This document shows, piece after piece, positions 61,129-64,000 of a DNA stretch of 64,000 nucleotides. The position numbers and the translations under genes were made by a program. Positions within the stretch are counted from its first letter, which is position 1; every line of letters starts with the position of its first letter. This DNA is from an uncultured delta proteobacterium. GTDB lineage: Bacteria > Myxococcota > B64-G9. Location: the NCBI GenBank assembly GCA_963754925.1, contig CAVWHX010000003.1, positions 32,001 to 96,000 of the forward strand. Reading direction: 5' to 3'. The notes under the pieces were generated by a model. That model worked only from the letters and a program-made list of their open reading frames with translations, was not told the DNA's origin and made no database searches.

Positions 61129-63132
61129 ATGTTCGATATTCTTTTCAGCCCCATCACCATCAACAAAACCGTTGTAAAAAATAGGATAACCTATCCGGCG
61201 CTCGGTCTTTTGTTCTCATATGATCGGAAGCTGAACGATAGGTACGTTCATTTTTTTGCCGAGCGTGCCCGCGGCGGGGCCGGCATCGTCACCGTGGGCC
61301 CGGTCGGATTCAATATTGTCGGTGGCGGTATCGGCACTCTCGGGCTGGATTCCGACAACGACATCCCGGACTTCGCCAAGCTCGCATCGGTCATCAAAAA
61401 GGAAGGCGCCCGGGCGTGGGTGCAGCTTTTTCACGCCGGTGCCTACTCCTATTCCAAGTTGACCGGCGGTCCGGATCCCATTGCGCCGTCGCCGGTCTAC
61501 TCATCGTATTCGAAACTTGTTCCGCGGGAAATGACGCTCGACGATATTCGAGAGACCCAAGAGGGATTCGTAAACGCCGCCGTCCGCGTCCAAAAGGCCG
61601 GCTTCGACGGGGTAGAAATAATCGCTTCAGCCGGCTATCTGATCACGCAGTTTTTATCGCCTCTTAAGAACAAGCGCACCGATCGGTACGGCGGAAGCTT
61701 CGAAAACCGCACCCGCTTTCCGCGTGAAATACTTGAGATGATGCGCGGCAAACTGGGACCCGATTATCCCATTTCTATACGGATGGCCGGTAACGACTTC
61801 GTCGCGGGAAGCAACACGAGTATCGAAACCCCGGAAATCGCAAAGGTGTATGAAAAGGCGGGTGTAAACCTCATCAGCGTCACCGGCGGCTGGCACGAGG
61901 CTCACGTACCGCAGCTTCCTATGGATGCGCCGCGGTTGGTTTTTTCCTACCTGGCTCAAAATATTAAACGCGCCGTCTCGGTGCCCGTGGCCGCATCTAA
62001 CCGGATAACCGATCCTCGATTGGCCGAGCAGCTTATCAAAGACGGCTTCTGCGATATGGTTAAACTTGGCTCGGATTCTCATCGCCGATCCCTTTTGGCC
62101 CGCCAAGGCGGCCCAAGGCCGTGTCAAAGAGATACGGCCGTGTGTGGCCTGCAACCAGGGCTGCACGGACAGCCTGTTTAGCGGCAACTCTGTTTATTGC
62201 ATTGCAAATCCAAGGGCCGGTTACGAGGGCGAACGGAACCTGGCAACAGCCGCATCACAGAAAAAGATCATGGTCATCGGCGCCGGGCCGGCCGGCTTGG
62301 AAGCGGCGGTCCGCGCGGCGGAGGCAGGCCATGAAGTTGAGCTTTATGATAAGGCAAATAGGATAGGCGGCCAACTGTGGATCGCGGCCACGCCGCCTCA
62401 TAAGCATGAGGTGCGTAAGCTCATCCCCTACTATGAGGCTTTATTAAGAAATACGATATTAACGTTTTTCTAGGACGAGAAGTGACCGTGGACCTCATCA
62501 ACGGGAAAAAGCCCGACCATGTTATCGTGGCCGAGGGCGCCGAACCGCTCGTACCGCCCATCGATGGAATTGATGACCCGAACGTCTTATCCGCCTGGGA
62601 CGTACTGAAGAATGATCCGATGGTCGGCACTGCTATTGCCATCATTGGCGGTGGGGCCGTGGGGCTCGAGACCGCCGAATTCCTCGCCGCGAAAGGAACG
62701 TTGTCTCCTGAAACGCTGCATTTTCTTTTTCTCTACGAGGCCGAGACGGTAGAGCGGCTGCGGGAGCTGTGTACCCGGGGAAATAAAAAAGTGACGGTAT
62801 TTGAGATGCTTCCCAAGGCGGCTCAAAACGTGGGTAGATCCACCCGTTGGGTCTTGTTGAGCAATGTGAAACGGTACGGCATCGACGTCATAACCAACGC
62901 CACGGTGAGGTCGATACAGAACGGTACGGTAACCTTCGAACGCAATGGCAACACCGTATCGATGCACTTTGATACCGTCGTAAACGCCGTCGGCTCCCGT
63001 GCCGTGCGCACTATAGCCGACGCCATTTCACAACTCGGCATTCCTTACACGATTATCGGCGACTGCGACAAGCCGGCGCAGATCGACAAGGCGATCCACG
63101 AGGGATTCATGGCGGTGATGGATCTGAAGTGA
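61129..63132 (+). CDS. fadH: 2,4-dienoyl-CoA reductase-like flavoprotein (frameshifts near 62065 and 62447)
   Basis: OYE barrel ([17 protein letters not shown]), [13 protein letters not shown] Fe-S motif, GAGPAG, GGGAVG. Confidence 0.8.
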
Positions 63133-63186
63133 CAACGCGTTTGGGTTGGTTGTTACAAAACTATGGAAAATTTATATAACAACTTC

Positions 63187-63309
63187 CTAGTTCCCAATTA
63201 CGCTGGAATGACAACTAATCCTTTTCCTGGATCCCCGCCTGCGCGGGGATGACGTATCATACTAAGACTAGAGGGTGATTTTGTCATCCCCGCGCAGGCG
63301 GGGATCCAG
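63187..63309. repeat. REP-like inverted palindromic repeat pair
   Basis: CTGGATCCCCGCCTGCGCGGGGATGAC (63227-63253) and its exact reverse complement (63283-63309); degenerate copy 63187-63212. Confidence 0.85.
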
Positions 63310-63333
63310 TAATTGTGATAGGTATACCTACGG

Positions 63334-64000
63334 TCACGACTTTGCATTTCGGGCAGCTTTGTATTTCTCAATCTCTTTTTTCGATAGATTGATATTCTTC
63401 GTAACCTTGATGTCGCGCGGGCATACACGGGTGCAGTTGAAATAATTCTCGCAGGCCCATACGCCGTTTGGGTTATCCAGCGCAAGAAGTCTCTCGTTCA
63501 TGCCGCGGTCCCGGCTGTCGAACAGGAACCGAGCCGCGTTGACAATCGCGGCAGGCCCGATGTAGGTTGGGTTCTTCTCCTGGATAACCGGGCACGACGA
63601 ATAGCAGCACGCGCAGAGAATGCAGTTGGTGGGATCATCGAACCGGGAGCGCTCTTCTGGCGTCTGCACGCGCTCCTTCCCGTCAGCCGGATCGTCATTT
63701 ATCAGAAATGGTTTTACGGATCGGAAATTGTCGAAAAACGTGCCCTGATCAACCATGAGATCTTTTTGCACTGGCATGGCTCTCAGTGGTTCTACGGTGA
63801 TTACGGTGGTATCTTCCCCGATAAGGTCCCGTATCAACGTCTTGCAAGCCAACCGCTCGACTCCGTTCACTACCATGCCGTCGGAACCGCAAACACCGTG
63901 GGCGCAGCTTTTCCGAAAGGCAAGGGTGCCGTCCAGATTTGTTTTCACCAGTATCAACGAGTCCAACAGCCGATCGTTTGGACGTGCCTCGATCTCGAAT
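63334..64000 (-). CDS. sdhB: Succinate dehydrogenase/fumarate reductase iron-sulfur subunit, 5' end outside window
   Basis: FRKSCAHGVCGSD, LAC, CILCACCYSSCP, CENYFNCTRVCP. Confidence 0.92.
   Translation of the reverse strand, partial: FEIEARPNDRLLDSLILVKTNLDGTLAFRKSCAHGVCGSDGMVVNGVERLACKTLIRDLIGEDTTVITVEPLRAMPVQKDLMVDQGTFFDNFRSVKPFLINDDPADGKERVQTPEERSRFDDPTNCILCACCYSSCPVIQEKNPTYIGPAAIVNAARFLFDSRDRGMNERLLALDNPNGVWACENYFNCTRVCPRDIKVTKNINLSKKEIEKYKAARNAKS

Overview
64 kb of bacterial chromosome. Gene content points to a Myxococcota/deltaproteobacterial-type Gram-negative (Cys-rich repeat lipoprotein, myxobacterial-type Ser/Thr kinase, ECF-FecR-TPR operon, mutS-amidase-xerD block, stand-alone EF-G); this is inference. 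No rRNA, tRNA, CRISPR array or transposase was seen. Many conserved genes are broken by small indels, mostly in homopolymers, probably long-read errors. Layout: 1-13 kb accessory mosaic (Phd-RelE toxin-antitoxin pair, HEPN-like gene, lipoproteins, flavin reductases, gene remnants); 12.7-15.5 kb dapF and murB; 15.6-27.1 kb a minus-strand envelope cluster; 30-33 kb EF-G plus an ATPase-SLOG fusion; 33-41 kb glyoxylate/TCA cluster; 41-44 kb lidless Hsp70, J protein and CvpA; 45-51.6 kb ECF/FecR signalling unit with glycoside hydrolases; 52-64 kb housekeeping genes. The envelope cluster holds an 11-heme CbcL-like c/b cytochrome, a Ser/Thr kinase apparently fused through a TM helix and long linker to a periplasmic CxxCH cytochrome c domain, a DUF3373-type outer-membrane barrel, an AglB/STT3-type glycosyltransferase with a rewritten WWDYG motif, a GT2 and two methyltransferases. 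The best candidate for an undescribed system is the kinase-cytochrome c fusion with its porin, a possible trans-envelope redox-sensing phosphorylation module. All family assignments come from motif recognition by eye, not database searches.
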